A DNA stretch of 64,000 nucleotides from Candidatus Nomurabacteria bacterium (GCA_020632135.1 JACKGC010000001.1:372241-436240); one strand, 5' to 3'; positions 52,607 through 63,800 are shown, counted from the stretch's first letter. Numbers and translations: made by a program. The notes: generated by a model not told the origin, from the letters alone.

Positions 52607-52699
52607 ACCGCCAGACACCAATTTTTCACACGCTCCGATGTTCACAGACCAGCTTAAGCACGCAACCCCCGCGGATGTTCAAAATTAGTGTCTGGCGGT
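52607..52699 (+). repeat. Hairpin element E2 (19-bp stem, same core as E1)
   Basis: ACCGCCAGACACCAATTTT-[tCACACGCTCCGATGTTCACAGACCAGCTTAAGCACGCAACCCCCGCGGATGTTC]-AAAATTAGTGTCTGGCGGT followed by TTTTT. Confidence 0.75.
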
Positions 52700-52728
52700 T
52701 TTTGCGTGGGTATCTCTTCTTCGATACA

Positions 52729-53121
52729 ATGCCACATATGCACGAACAGATACGGAGGATCATTATCGGCTCAGACGCCTACGCTCTCGCGACCAGCGGC
52801 CCGTATGGTGTGAACGTGGTGCCACTCTCGGTGGTGGAGGTGCGGGACGACGAGATCCATCTCTACGATTTCTTTATGAGTAAAACAGCAGAGAATATAA
52901 AAGCCGTGCCGGAGGTGGCACTGGCGTGCTGGCAGGGTTTCCGCGGGGTACAAGTAAAAGCCGAGGCGGTGTATGAGACTAGTGGGGAAGTGTACGAAGC
53001 AGCGGTGACAGAGATGAAAGAGCGCTTTCCAGACCGTATGCTGGCCGGTGTGATCAGGCTGACGCCGACTGCGGTGTACGACGTCGCGCCGGGGGCGAGT
53101 GGGGATGATCTATTGAGGTAG
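52729..53121 (+). CDS. Pyridoxamine 5'-phosphate oxidase-family (FMN-binding split-barrel) protein
   Basis: Start at MPHMHEQIRR. Assigned by weak family resemblance. Confidence 0.45.
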   Translation: MPHMHEQIRRIIIGSDAYALATSGPYGVNVVPLSVVEVRDDEIHLYDFFMSKTAENIKAVPEVALACWQGFRGVQVKAEAVYETSGEVYEAAVTEMKERFPDRMLAGVIRLTPTAVYDVAPGASGDDLLR

Positions 53122-53364
53122 GGTGAAAGAGGTGCGAAAAACCAAAGGTTTTTCGCACCTATCCACCACCCTGTTGAAATCTTCACTTTGCCGTTCTTTC
53201 AATAGGGTACAATGCAGGTACGTAGAAGCTTCGTGCTTTTACGAACATGTTTCTATCTAGCAGGCGGCGCCCACCAGGGACTACGTATCGCGACTACGCA
53301 GTCCCCGCTGGGCGCCGTTTGTATTGTGTTATACGCTCACGTATGATTACGTAATAGTTTACAT

Positions 53365-54306
53365 ATGCTGAGAAGTCCCTATCTCATCGCGTTACTGATC
53401 ACGGTTCTCGGTGCCAGCACCTACTGGTATCGTTTAACTGCGGCTGAGTGCCCCGTGCCGCTATCGTATCGGATCGGAGAGATCGACCCCTCATTTGAAC
53501 TTTCTCGCGAAGCAGCACAGCTGTATATAACCCAAGCTGAGGCTGTGTGGGAGGACGCGGTTGGGCGCGAGTTATTTATATACGATGATTCCACTGACTT
53601 CACCATCGATTTTGTCTATGACGAACGGCAAGCAGCCGCCAACTCTGAAGCGGCTCAGCGTAGTGTGCTTGATGAACAACGTGAAGAGAATGAAAGGATA
53701 TTGGCCGCAGTAGCAGAACTACAGCAGGAGCATGCCAGTCTCGCTGTTTCTTATGAGCGGCGTGTTGCTGCGTACGAGGCACGACTCGATGCGTATAATG
53801 CCGAAGTGACCAAGTACAACGATCGTGGTGGTGCCCCGCCAGAAGTGTTTGAGGGGCTCGAAGCAGAGCGTACAGAACTTGAGGCAACTGCGCAGTCACT
53901 CAGTAAAACCGCGGCAGAACTCAACCAACTTGCGTCAGAACTCAACCAACTCAGCAATCGCGGTAATGACCTGGTAGAGCGATATAATAAGGATGTGGTT
54001 GAGTACAATGAAGCTTATGGATACAGTCGTGAATTTACACAAGGTGATTACCAGGGCAACAACATCAATGTGTACAAGTTCTCCAACGATGCAGAGGTGG
54101 TGACAGTCCTGGCCCATGAGTTTGGGCACGCGCTTGGTCTCGGTCACGTTGAAGGTCCATCGTCGCTCATGTACTATTTACTAGACGAAGTGACCACGGT
54201 GCCGGAGTTGTCTGAGGATGACCGGGCTGCGTATCAGGCAGTATGCGGGGATGCTGAGAGCTTTGCACAGTGGGTCAGACGGCAGATCAGGCAGCTGATC
54301 AATTAA
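53365..54306 (+). CDS. Matrixin-like (M10) zinc metalloprotease with a coiled-coil insert, membrane-anchored or secreted
   Basis: AHEFGHALGLGHVEGPSSLMYY (HExxHxxGxxH plus a Met-turn). Confidence 0.8.
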   Translation: MLRSPYLIALLITVLGASTYWYRLTAAECPVPLSYRIGEIDPSFELSREAAQLYITQAEAVWEDAVGRELFIYDDSTDFTIDFVYDERQAAANSEAAQRSVLDEQREENERILAAVAELQQEHASLAVSYERRVAAYEARLDAYNAEVTKYNDRGGAPPEVFEGLEAERTELEATAQSLSKTAAELNQLASELNQLSNRGNDLVERYNKDVVEYNEAYGYSREFTQGDYQGNNINVYKFSNDAEVVTVLAHEFGHALGLGHVEGPSSLMYYLLDEVTTVPELSEDDRAAYQAVCGDAESFAQWVRRQIRQLIN

Positions 54307-54312
54307 TGTTTA

Positions 54313-55122
54313 ATGCAAGATAATTGTATGCAAGGAGGAATATTTCAAACACCACAGATGCGCCTGTTAGGATCATTGGTGATGCTGATGGTACTGATCG
54401 CGCTTGGCTCATATGCGTCACTGAATTTCGCAAAGATCAAGCATGTAGACCCGATGCCGGCAACCATCAGTGTGGCCGGTGAAGGTGAGGTATTGGCGGT
54501 GACAGATATCGGCCAGTTTTCGTTCTCGGTGACGGCGGAAGGAGAAGATGCACCGAGCGCGCAAGAGGCCTCGGGTGAGAAGATCAATGCTATTTTAACG
54601 TATCTCAAGGAGCAGGGGATCGAGGATAAGGATATTAAGACTCAAAACTACAACATGTACCCCAAGTACCGCTATGAAGAGCGGATCTGTCCAGCAGGCT
54701 CATACTGTCCGCCGGGTGAGCGTGTGCCAGATGGTTTTGAAGTAACGCAGAGTATTATCGTGAAGGTTCGTAAGACCAATCAGGCACCAAGCATTATTGC
54801 TGGTGTGGGTGAGCGCGGTGCAACTAATATCAGCGGTCTGAGCTTCACGATCGATGATGAGGAGGTGTTGCGTGATGAAGCCCGTGTGAAGGCGATTGCG
54901 GATGCGAAGGAGAAAGCTGCTGCACTTGCTGAGCAACTCGGTGTGCGTCTCGTACGTCTTGCTTCATACTACGAGGAATCTGGCTACTATGAGCCGTATG
55001 CGGTACGTACCATGGCCTTTGATATGGCCGAAGAAGCCGCGGTTGGCTTTGGTGGGGCTGAGCTGCCGATGGGAGAGGAGAGTACGATCGTGCGGGTGAA
55101 TGTGACGTTTGAGGTGCGGTAG
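54313..55122 (+). CDS. SIMPL/DUF541 domain protein
   Basis: ISVAGEGEVLAVTDIGQFSFSV...INAILTYLKEQGIEDKDIKTQNYNMYPKY. Confidence 0.75.
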   Translation: MQDNCMQGGIFQTPQMRLLGSLVMLMVLIALGSYASLNFAKIKHVDPMPATISVAGEGEVLAVTDIGQFSFSVTAEGEDAPSAQEASGEKINAILTYLKEQGIEDKDIKTQNYNMYPKYRYEERICPAGSYCPPGERVPDGFEVTQSIIVKVRKTNQAPSIIAGVGERGATNISGLSFTIDDEEVLRDEARVKAIADAKEKAAALAEQLGVRLVRLASYYEESGYYEPYAVRTMAFDMAEEAAVGFGGAELPMGEESTIVRVNVTFEVR

Positions 55123-55135
55123 GGGAGGAGAGGAA

Positions 55136-55173
55136 GGGGCGGCGGGCTTTGCCCGCCGCCCCTTTACTTTTTT
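55136..55173 (+). terminator. Terminator
   Basis: GGGGCGGCGGGC-ttt-GCCCGCCGCCCC followed by TTTACTTTTTT. Confidence 0.8.
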
Positions 55174-55250
55174 CCAAACAGGCGTATGATGTTAGTAATT
55201 AGAGCCCCTGGAGGGGTTTTAAATTTGCCGAATTTTAATTATCAAAGACC

Positions 55251-55439
55251 ATGGATTCATTAGTAAAATACTTTCGCGATACCGCAGCCGAGCTCAAGCA
55301 GGTGAACTGGCCAACCCAGAACCAAGCCATGCTCTACGCGGTGCTCGTGATCATCATCTCAGTCCTCGTATCACTCTTTACTGGCGCGTTTGACTACCTG
55401 TTTTCACACGTAATTGAGCGTATTATTCATCGCTTTTAG
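55251..55439 (+). CDS. secE: Preprotein translocase subunit SecE
   Basis: ELKQVNWPTQNQAMLYAVLVIIISVLVSLF. Lies upstream of nusG. Confidence 0.85.
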   Translation: MDSLVKYFRDTAAELKQVNWPTQNQAMLYAVLVIIISVLVSLFTGAFDYLFSHVIERIIHRF

Positions 55440-55441
55440 TC

Positions 55442-55987
55442 ATGGCAAAACAGCAAAGCACCGGCGAACGACACTGGTACGCCATTCACACCTACTCTGG
55501 CTACGAGAACGCGGTAACGCGTAACCTCAAGCAGCGTATTGATTCGCTTAACATGCACGACAAGATCTTCAACGTGGTCGTGCCGACCGAGAAGAAGATC
55601 CGCGTCAAAGGTGGTAAGCGTGTAACCGAAGAGGAGCGCATCTACCCAGGATACGTGCTGGTGGAAATGATCGTAGATGATGAATCGTGGTTTGTGGTGC
55701 GTAACACCCCACGCGTAACCGGCTTCGTTGGTAGTGGTACCCAGCCGGTACCGCTCACTGAAGCTGAGTACAATTCGCTCATGAAGCGGATGGAGAGCGA
55801 TACGGTCAAGCACAAGGTTGATCTCAGTGTCGGTGATCTCGTCAGTATCGTTGATGGTCCGTTCAAAGACCTTGAAGGCAAGGTTGGGGAAGTGGATGAA
55901 GAGAATGGAAAGGTAAAGGTGATGGTGAGTATGTTTGGCCGGGAGACCCCGGTGGAATTGGACTTTTTGCAAGTAAAGCGAGTATAA
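55442..55987 (+). CDS. nusG: Transcription antitermination factor NusG
   Basis: WYAIHTYSGYENAV and the KOW segment GDLVSIVDGPFKDLEGKVGEVD. Confidence 0.95.
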   Translation: MAKQQSTGERHWYAIHTYSGYENAVTRNLKQRIDSLNMHDKIFNVVVPTEKKIRVKGGKRVTEEERIYPGYVLVEMIVDDESWFVVRNTPRVTGFVGSGTQPVPLTEAEYNSLMKRMESDTVKHKVDLSVGDLVSIVDGPFKDLEGKVGEVDEENGKVKVMVSMFGRETPVELDFLQVKRV

Positions 55988-56004
55988 GTCTCATTTTTTA
56001 AGAG

Positions 56005-56032
56005 AAAAAGCTGCCTTCTGGCAGCTTTTTCT
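56005..56032 (+). terminator. Terminator after nusG
   Basis: AAAAAGCTGCC-ttct-GGCAGCTTTTT. Confidence 0.8.
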
Positions 56033-56094
56033 TGTAATTAGTCAGCAGTAGGATATGCTCTCGTTAGGTGCATCTTTTGTTCGGGAGATATAGA

Positions 56095-56250
56095 ATGAAA
56101 ACGAGAGTTCATTACTTGAAAAAGAACGGCAAGCTCTTTGGTTTTTGGATCAGTATAAGAGATGCAGAGCCGGACCGTGAGCTGGCGAATCGTGACTATG
56201 AAAAATTGCTGAATCAAAACAAAGGAGCACGTGCGAACGTGCGCTGCTGA
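56095..56250 (+). CDS. Small basic hypothetical protein (51 aa) inserted between nusG and rplK
   Basis: GGGAGA RBS. MKTRVHYLKKNGKLFGFWISIRDAEPDRELANRDYEKLLNQNKGARANVRC. Terminators lie on both sides. Confidence 0.35.
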   Translation: MKTRVHYLKKNGKLFGFWISIRDAEPDRELANRDYEKLLNQNKGARANVRC

Positions 56251-56267
56251 GCTGGGCTCTGACCCCA

Positions 56268-56293
56268 AACGCCGCCCTCTCGGGCGGCTTTTT
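56268..56293 (+). terminator. Terminator
   Basis: GCCGCCC-tctc-GGGCGGC followed by TTTTT. Confidence 0.7.
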
Positions 56294-56391
56294 GCTTGCA
56301 AAACCGGCTTTTCTCTTGTATTCTACGCGGGCTTCTATTGGTGTTCGTAGCTATGGACTGCGGCCACTATCACAGTTTTAATTAAGAAAAC

Positions 56392-56817
56392 ATGGCAAAA
56401 AAACTACTAAAGCAGGTAAAAGTGCAGGCGGTTGGCGGTAAGGCTACCCCAGCGCCACCACTTGGTCCGGTGCTCGGACAAGCCGGTATCAACATCGGTG
56501 AGTTCGTCAATCAGTTCAACGAGCAGACTCGTGAGCGCATGGGCGACATCGTCCCTTGTGTGATCAATGTCTACGATGACCGCAGCTTTGACTTCACCGT
56601 GAAGGTGTCTCCAATGTCTCGCTTGATCCTCAAGAAGATCGGCAAGCCGAGCGGTTCTGGTAAGAATACCGTTTCTCAAGTTGGTACCATCACTCGCACG
56701 CAGGTACGTGAAGTAGCTGAGGAAAAGATGCCTGATCTCAATGCCGCTTCAATCGAAGCAGCGATGAAGACGGTAGAGGGAACCTGCTACTCGATGGGTG
56801 TAAAGGTGGTTGATTAA
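56392..56817 (+). CDS. rplK: Ribosomal protein L11
   Basis: KVQAVGGKATPAPPLGPVLGQAGINIGEFVNQFN. Confidence 0.95.
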   Translation: MAKKLLKQVKVQAVGGKATPAPPLGPVLGQAGINIGEFVNQFNEQTRERMGDIVPCVINVYDDRSFDFTVKVSPMSRLILKKIGKPSGSGKNTVSQVGTITRTQVREVAEEKMPDLNAASIEAAMKTVEGTCYSMGVKVVD

Positions 56818-56833
56818 TTACGTTACTCAAAAG

Positions 56834-56870
56834 AAAAGACGGGCAGCTTCGCTGCCCGTCTTTTCTTTTT
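56834..56870 (+). terminator. Terminator after rplK (no rplA follows)
   Basis: GACGGGCAGC-ttc-GCTGCCCGTC followed by TTTTCTTTTT. Confidence 0.8.
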
Positions 56871-56895
56871 ATAGAGAAACTGCCCGATTTAATCA

Positions 56896-56986
56896 TGCGA
56901 AGGAAAGGCCTCCGCAAACAAACATGTGCGAAGGAAAGGCCTCCGCAATCTAGGCCTCCGCAATCTAAGGAAGTGCTCTTGTGGTG
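56896..56986 (+). repeat. Nested direct repeats plus an exact copy of the 18-mer GGAAGTGCTCTTGTGGTG, upstream of the cofE-like gene
   Basis: TGCGAAGGAAAGGCCTCCGCAA occurs twice (56896, 56927). AGGCCTCCGCAATCT occurs twice (56937, 56952). The 18-mer is at 56969-56986. Confidence 0.75.
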
Positions 56987-57016
56987 CTTTTCTAAAAACA
57001 CTCTATACTAGCGCGT

Positions 57017-57727
57017 ATGCAATTCATTCCGGTCAAAACCCGCATACTGCAGCCGCCCAAAGATGACTTGCTTGCTGTACTCGATGTAAGTCTCACTGAC
57101 CTTCAGGCGGGCGATGTGCTGGTGGTGAGCTCGAAGGTGTTAGCAATTCACGAGGGACGTTGTGTGCCAGGAGGGGAGTACGATGTGGCGGCGCACATCG
57201 CCCGCGAAGCTGATGTGGTCATACCACGGCCAGACCGTCCATCACCACTTACCCTCATCAACCACACGATAGTCGGAGGGGCTGGAGTTGATCGGAGTAA
57301 CAGCAATGGCTATGTCACATTATTGCCACGTGATCCTTTTCTGAGCGCGCGACGTATCTACGAGTATACGACCAAGCGCTTTGGCACCACAGAGCTCGGG
57401 GTGATCATTACCGACAGTCACTCAGTGCCATGTCGCTACGGCGCGCAAGGTGTGGCGATTGGCTGGTGGGGCTTCCAGCCCTTAGTAGATCATGTCAATA
57501 AAGCTGATCTTTTTGGACGCAAAATTCAGTATGAACGTTCCAACTTAGCTGATGGCGTTGCGGCTGGTGCAGTGGTGGTGATGGGGGAGGTCGCGGAATG
57601 TACGCCGCTGGTTATTGCACGCAACGTGCCAAATCTTCTGTTTACTACTGAAAACACCAAGGATAAGCTCTTTTGTCCACCAGAAGACGATATTATGAAA
57701 GTACTCTACAAAGACTTTTTGACGTAA
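57017..57727 (+). CDS. F420-0:gamma-glutamyl ligase (CofE)-family protein
   Basis: TATACT-N7-ATG upstream. GDVLVVSSKVLAIHEGR...GVIITDSHSVPCRYGAQGVAIGWWGF. Confidence 0.7.
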   Translation: MQFIPVKTRILQPPKDDLLAVLDVSLTDLQAGDVLVVSSKVLAIHEGRCVPGGEYDVAAHIAREADVVIPRPDRPSPLTLINHTIVGGAGVDRSNSNGYVTLLPRDPFLSARRIYEYTTKRFGTTELGVIITDSHSVPCRYGAQGVAIGWWGFQPLVDHVNKADLFGRKIQYERSNLADGVAAGAVVVMGEVAECTPLVIARNVPNLLFTTENTKDKLFCPPEDDIMKVLYKDFLT

Positions 57728-57805
57728 TTGAGCTCCGTATCCGCACTTATTCGTGGTTTGTTGACAGGCCCTCCACACGTAGTATGCACATGCTAAAATT
57801 ACCAC

Positions 57806-60800
57806 ATGTCAGGTACTCGGTACCGAACGTTTGTGGTAGTCGGAGCCGTCCTCCTCGCGCTTTTCGCTATGTACTGGAGCGGCTTCTTCACTACCACCCA
57901 TTCCATCACCGACGACCTCGCCCAGTTCGACCTCGTCGGAGAGCGAGTTGAGGACGACTTCACCCAGTACCCACTGGTATCATTAAACGACGAGTACACC
58001 CTCACCGATACCCTCAAGGACGGCGTCGAGATCACCTATGGCAGCCAAGCCAGTACTACTTTCAATTCTCCTGACCTTAGTCAGTCTCTGTCACTCCAGT
58101 TCCCAAAGTCTCTCTCAGAACCCCTCACCATCACGCTCCCGGGCAATCGCACCTTCACTGTCACCCACAACGTGGAAGGTCACTACCAGAGTGAGCTCCT
58201 CACTAACACAACGGCCGCGACTGACCCGCTCCGCTTCGGCGCACGCTCCGAGGCGCTAACCCAAGTCGAATCTGCCGAAGCGGAGGAGTCAGTCGCGGCC
58301 GAAGCAACCCCCACCTACCTCAAGTACACCTCCCCCAACTCCCGCACCCACACGTACTACGCCTACCAGAAGGACCAAGCCGCCGGCTACCGCAACTTAA
58401 AGCACTGGACCATCTACCAAAGCGGTACCGGCCAAGAGACCGCCTCATACACCTTCGCTAACGCCCACCTCAAGACCAACGACCGGGGGGAAGTGGAAGT
58501 CCGCTATCTAGGGACTTACGAGGTCCCTAGATCGGGGGAAGAGGGAGGAGGAGCGGTCGAGGCTGACCTCTGGGCCCGTGCTCAGGCCGTCCTTGCAAAA
58601 GACGCCCTTCTAAACATCGAGAACCAACCCCCTGATCTCACCATCCCCGCCCCGTACACCATCGATGCCCAAGGCAACCAGGTCACTCATGAGTGGGTGG
58701 TCACCCCCCAAAGTGCTATCGACCCGTCTGATACTTCCGGCAACTACGTCCTCTCCGTCTCTTTCGAGGTACCGCTCCTTGGCTACCCAATTGCGCTCGA
58801 TCCAACCCTGCAGTTTACCGCACCCGGCACCAGCAACTCAGGTGACGTCATCACCGGCGAAAAGACAAGCAGCAACTTCGGCACCAGCATGACCACCGGC
58901 GACTGGAACGGTGACGGCAAGACCGACCTGGCGGTGGGGGCCAGTGGCTACGATAACATTGGAGGAGAGGGGAGGGTCTACATCTTCTGGTCTTCCAGCC
59001 GACCAGATAATACTGCTGAGGCCGACGTCATCTTGACTGGTCAAAGCACAATCAATGAATTTGGCCACTCCCTCGCGACCGGCGACTTCAACGCCGACGG
59101 CACCGACGACCTGGTGGTAGGGGCTCGAGGATACGGCAGTAGTCAAGGACGAGTGTATACCTTCTACGGCGGCAGTCTCGAGGGTGGGGTAGCAAACACT
59201 GTTGCTGACGATATCATCACCGGTGAAGCTTCCTTTAATTTTTTCGGTCAATCGCTTGCAGTCGGCGATTTCGATGCTGATGGTCGGGATGATCTCGCGG
59301 TTGGAGCAAATTATTATAGCGTCGGCTCATTTACCTTGGATGGCCGTGCTTACATCTTCTATGGTGACGGCTCCATCCCCACCACCGCTGGCACAGCCGA
59401 CGTCACCCTAACCGGCGAAGCTGCCAACAACAACTTCGGCTCCTCCCTCACCACCGGTGACTACAACGCCGACGGCACCGACGACCTGGCCGTGGGCGCC
59501 TACTTCTGGAACAACAACGCCACCGGCCGCGCCTACCTCTTCTACGGCGGCAGCATGGTCTCTGAGAACGCCTCCGGCGCCGACGTCACCCTAACCGGCG
59601 AAGCTACCAGCAACCAATTCGGCTGGTCTCTCACCACCGGTGACTACAACGCCGACGGCACCGACGACCTGGCCGTGGGCGCCTACAGCTACACTACTAA
59701 CACCGGCCGCGCCTACCTCTTCTACGGCGGCAGCATGGTCTCTGAGAACGCCTCCGGCGCTGATATTATCCTGACTGGTGAGACTACCAACAACCGCTTC
59801 GGCCACTCCCTCATCACCGGTGACTACAACGCCGACGGCACCGACGACCTGGCCGTGGGCGCCTATCGGTACAACTCCTCCCAAGGCCGCGCCTACCTCT
59901 TCTACGGCGGCAGCATGGTCTCTGAGAACGCCTCCGGCGCCGACGTCACCCTAACCGGCGAAGCCACCAACAACAGCTTCAGCTATTCCCTCACGACCGG
60001 CGACTTAAACGATGACGGGAAAGACGACCTCCTCGTCGGAGCCTACCAGTACAACTCCTACCAAGGTCGCACCTACATCTTCTACTCCCAATCCGGGCAG
60101 GTGAACTTAAATGAGCACATCACCGGCGAGGGCACCGGCGACTACTTCGGCTCGGCTTTTGCCGTTGGCGACTTCAACAACGACGGCCGGGATGACTTAG
60201 CGGTGGGTGCGCCATATGACAACTCCAACACCGGGAAAGTGTACATTTTCTACAACGACGGTGACTACAGCACCCTAGCGAGTACGAGTGACGTGATTCT
60301 CACAGGTTCAACAACAGGCGACAAATTTGGCACCGCTCTCATCGCTGGTGACTTCAACAACAATGGCCAAGATGATCTAGTAATTACAGCAACGTTTTAT
60401 AACAGCAACCAAGGTGGCGCATTTATTTTTTATGGAGGTGACATTGTTTCAAACTCGGCATCTTCTGCAGACGTCATCATCACTGGAGAAGCGTCAAGCT
60501 ACCTGGGAGATGTATTGGAAAAAGGTGACCTCAATAACGACGGTGTTGATGATTTGGTTATTAGCTCCATTAACTACGGAACTGTAACGGGCCGCGCCTA
60601 CCTCTTCTACGGGGGTACGCTTTCAAGTAGCTCAGCTTCAGCAGCAGATGTTATTTTCACAGGTGAATCCACATTAGACGCCTTCGGCATCTCCCTCACC
60701 ACCGGCGACTTCAACGCCGACGGCACCGACGACCTCGCGGTCGGCGCCTTCCTCTACTCCGCACAGACCGGCCGCGCCTACCTCTTCTACGGCGGCGCTA

Positions 60801-63800
60801 TGGCAAGCGGCAACGCCTCCGGCGCGGATGTGACCTTGACCGGCGAGACCACCGGCAACGCCTTCGGCATCTCCCTCACCACCGGCGACTTCAACCACGA
60901 CGGCACCGACGACCTCGCGGTTGGTGCCTCCGGCTACACCACAAACACCGGCCGCGCCCACCTCTTCTACGGCGGCGCTATGACCAGCAAGAACGCCTCC
61001 GGCGCGGATGTGACCTTGACCGGCGAGACCACCGACAACCGCTTCGGCTATTCGCTCACGACCGGCGACTTCAACGCCGACGGCACCGACGACCTCGCGG
61101 TCGGCGCCTTCCACTACTCCTCATTTACCGGCCGCGCCTACCTCTTCTACGGCGGTACCTTTACTGCTTCCATGGAAGCCGCCACCAGCTCGAGCATTAT
61201 GATCACCGGCGACTCTGCAAACGACGACTTTGGCCTCTCCCTCGCCACCGGCGACTTCAACGCCGACGGGAAGGACGACTTGGTCATCGGCGCGCCGGGC
61301 TACGACAACGGTGGGGACACCGGCCGCATATACTTCTACGAAACCCGCGAGGACTACGCCTGGGAGATCCAGCGGCAGTCCTTGGCTGATGGCCTGCGCG
61401 TCGACCCCCTCATGGGCTACGAGATGAAGATCACGGGGGAGGGGACGGGCAACTCCTTCGCCTCCGCCATCGCCATGGCCGACCTCAACCACGACGGCAA
61501 GGATGACCTCATTGTGGGAGCGTCAGCCTATGATAGTACGTACATAAACGTTGGTAAGGTGTATATCTTCTACAACGACGGCAACTACCCAGCGCGAGCA
61601 GGTCGTGCAGACCATGTGATTGTGGGCGCGAACCTAAACGCTCTGTTCGGTACATCAATGACAACTGGAGACTTCAATGGGGATGGAGTGTTAGACCTGG
61701 CGGTTGGTTCGTATTCATACAGTTCCTACCAAGGCCAAACGTACATATTCTATGGCCCGATCACAGCAGATAGTATCGCAGATGCAGACGTCACGCTCAC
61801 TGGTGAGGCAGTTAGTTACTTTGGTGAATCCATGACCGTGGGTGACTTTAATGACGACGGAACAGACGACCTAGTGGTTGGTGCAACAGCATATAGTAGC
61901 TCAAACTTTACGGGCCGAGCATATATCTTTTACGGTAATTCTCTGACCGATGAAACTGCCACGGGCGCTGATGTAATATATACAGGAGAATCAACCTTTG
62001 ATTTTCTAGGCTACAGCTTAGCGGTTGGTGATTATAATAACGATGGTGTGGACGATCTAGCGGCTGGTGCGTATTTTTATGGTACTAACGTTGGTCGAGC
62101 TTATCTTTTCTTTAGTACTTCTACTCCTGGATCACGGAATGCCTCAGCCGCTGATGCGATATACACTGGTGAGAGCGGTAGCAGCTTTGGCGCCAGTCTG
62201 ACTGCAGGTGATTATAACCACGATGGAATTGATGATGTCGCTATCGGTGCTTCCGGATACACGACCAATACAGGTCGAACGTATCTATTTTTCAGCACCT
62301 CTACCCCTGGCTCGCGCAATGCCATAGCAGCAGACGTTATCTTAACTGGCGAAATCACCAACAACTACTTCGGCACCTCCCTCACCACCGGTGACTTTAA
62401 CCACGACGGCACCGACGACCTCGCGGTGGCGGCGGAAGGCTACGATGTCACCACGAACTCCAACGAAGGCCGCGCGTACATCTTCTACAGCACCTCCACC
62501 CCCGGCTCGCGCGCCGCTACAGCCGCTGATGTGATCCTCACCGGAGAAGGCGCGAGTAACTCCTACGGCGGTGCCCTCTTCTCTGGCGACCTCAACAACG
62601 ACGGGACCGACGACCTCCTCGTCGGCGCCGCAGGGTACAACTCCTCCCAAGGCCGGCTCTACTTCTACACCACCAACGACCGGCACATGACGGGCGAGGG
62701 AACGGACGATACCCTAGGTACTAGTTTTGCTACCGGTGACTTCAATCATGACGGAAATAATGATCTTGCAGTGGGGGCGCCGGGGTACGGCGCAAATCAA
62801 GGTAGAGCATATCTTTTCTATGGCGGTAGAAAAGCGACGACGAGCGCAAGTGGTGCTGATGTCGTCCTAACGGGTCAGACTACCGGTAACTACTTCGCTC
62901 GCTCCCTCGCTACTGGCGATTTCAATAATGACGGTACAGACGATCTGGTGGTAGGCGCTAGGGGGCATACGTCTAATACCGGCCGGGCGTATATTTTCTA
63001 TGGTGGAGAAATGGCAGCTTCGTTGACGGCGGGTGCTGATGAGGATGTTGCCATTTCTGGTGAAGGGGCAGTTGACTACTTCAGTAACTCATTTGCAGTT
63101 GGTGATTACAACGCAGATGGCAGGGATGACTTGATTGCTACAGCTATTGGATACACCTCCGTGTCATTTACTGGTAGAGCATATATTTTCTATGGCGGTG
63201 GGTCATTTCCCACAGCTGCTGCTGACGCAGATGTGATCATAGGCGGCGAGAACGCCGGAGACATATTAGGTTACTCCCTCACCACCGGTGACTTCAACGC
63301 CGACGGCACCGATGACTTTGTGATTGGAGCAACCGGCTATTCCTCTGGTGCTGGAACTGGTCGTGCTTATATATTTTACGGAGGCGCTCTTGCAAGTACA
63401 ACCGCCAGCAATGCAAATGTGATACTTACCGGCGAGGATACCAGCAACAATTTCGGCGAGGAGCTCAGCTCCGGCGACTTCAACGCCGACGGCACCGATG
63501 ACTTGGCGGTTGGTGCGTACTCCTACAACACATCCCAAGGCCGTGCATATATCTTCTACGGCGGTAGTATGACGAGCGAGAGCGCCTCTGCGGCAGACGT
63601 GATACTTACCGGCGAGGATACCAGCAACGTATTCGGCGCCTCCCTCACCACCGGCGACTTCAACGCCGACGGCACCGACGACCTGGCGGTTGGTGCATAC
63701 ACCTACAATACATCCCAAGGCCGTGCATATATCTTCTACGGTAACGAGCTTCGTACGACCGGCGCGGAAAATGCCAATGTCATTGTGACCGGCGAGAAGA

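Noticed and set aside
51901-52629. 242-aa minus-strand ORF antisense to nrdA. The same applies to 55436-55972 (antisense to nusG), 35739-36299 and 32298-32825 (alternative frames within znuB and phrB), and 1464-2039.
   Set aside because: All overlap confidently assigned genes and have no signals of their own.
59591-63718. Several 97-150-aa minus-strand ORFs (VGAVGVEVAGGEG... repeats).
   Set aside because: They are mirror-frame artefacts of the FG-GAP repeats. The plus-strand frame is continuously open and carries the real repeat signature.
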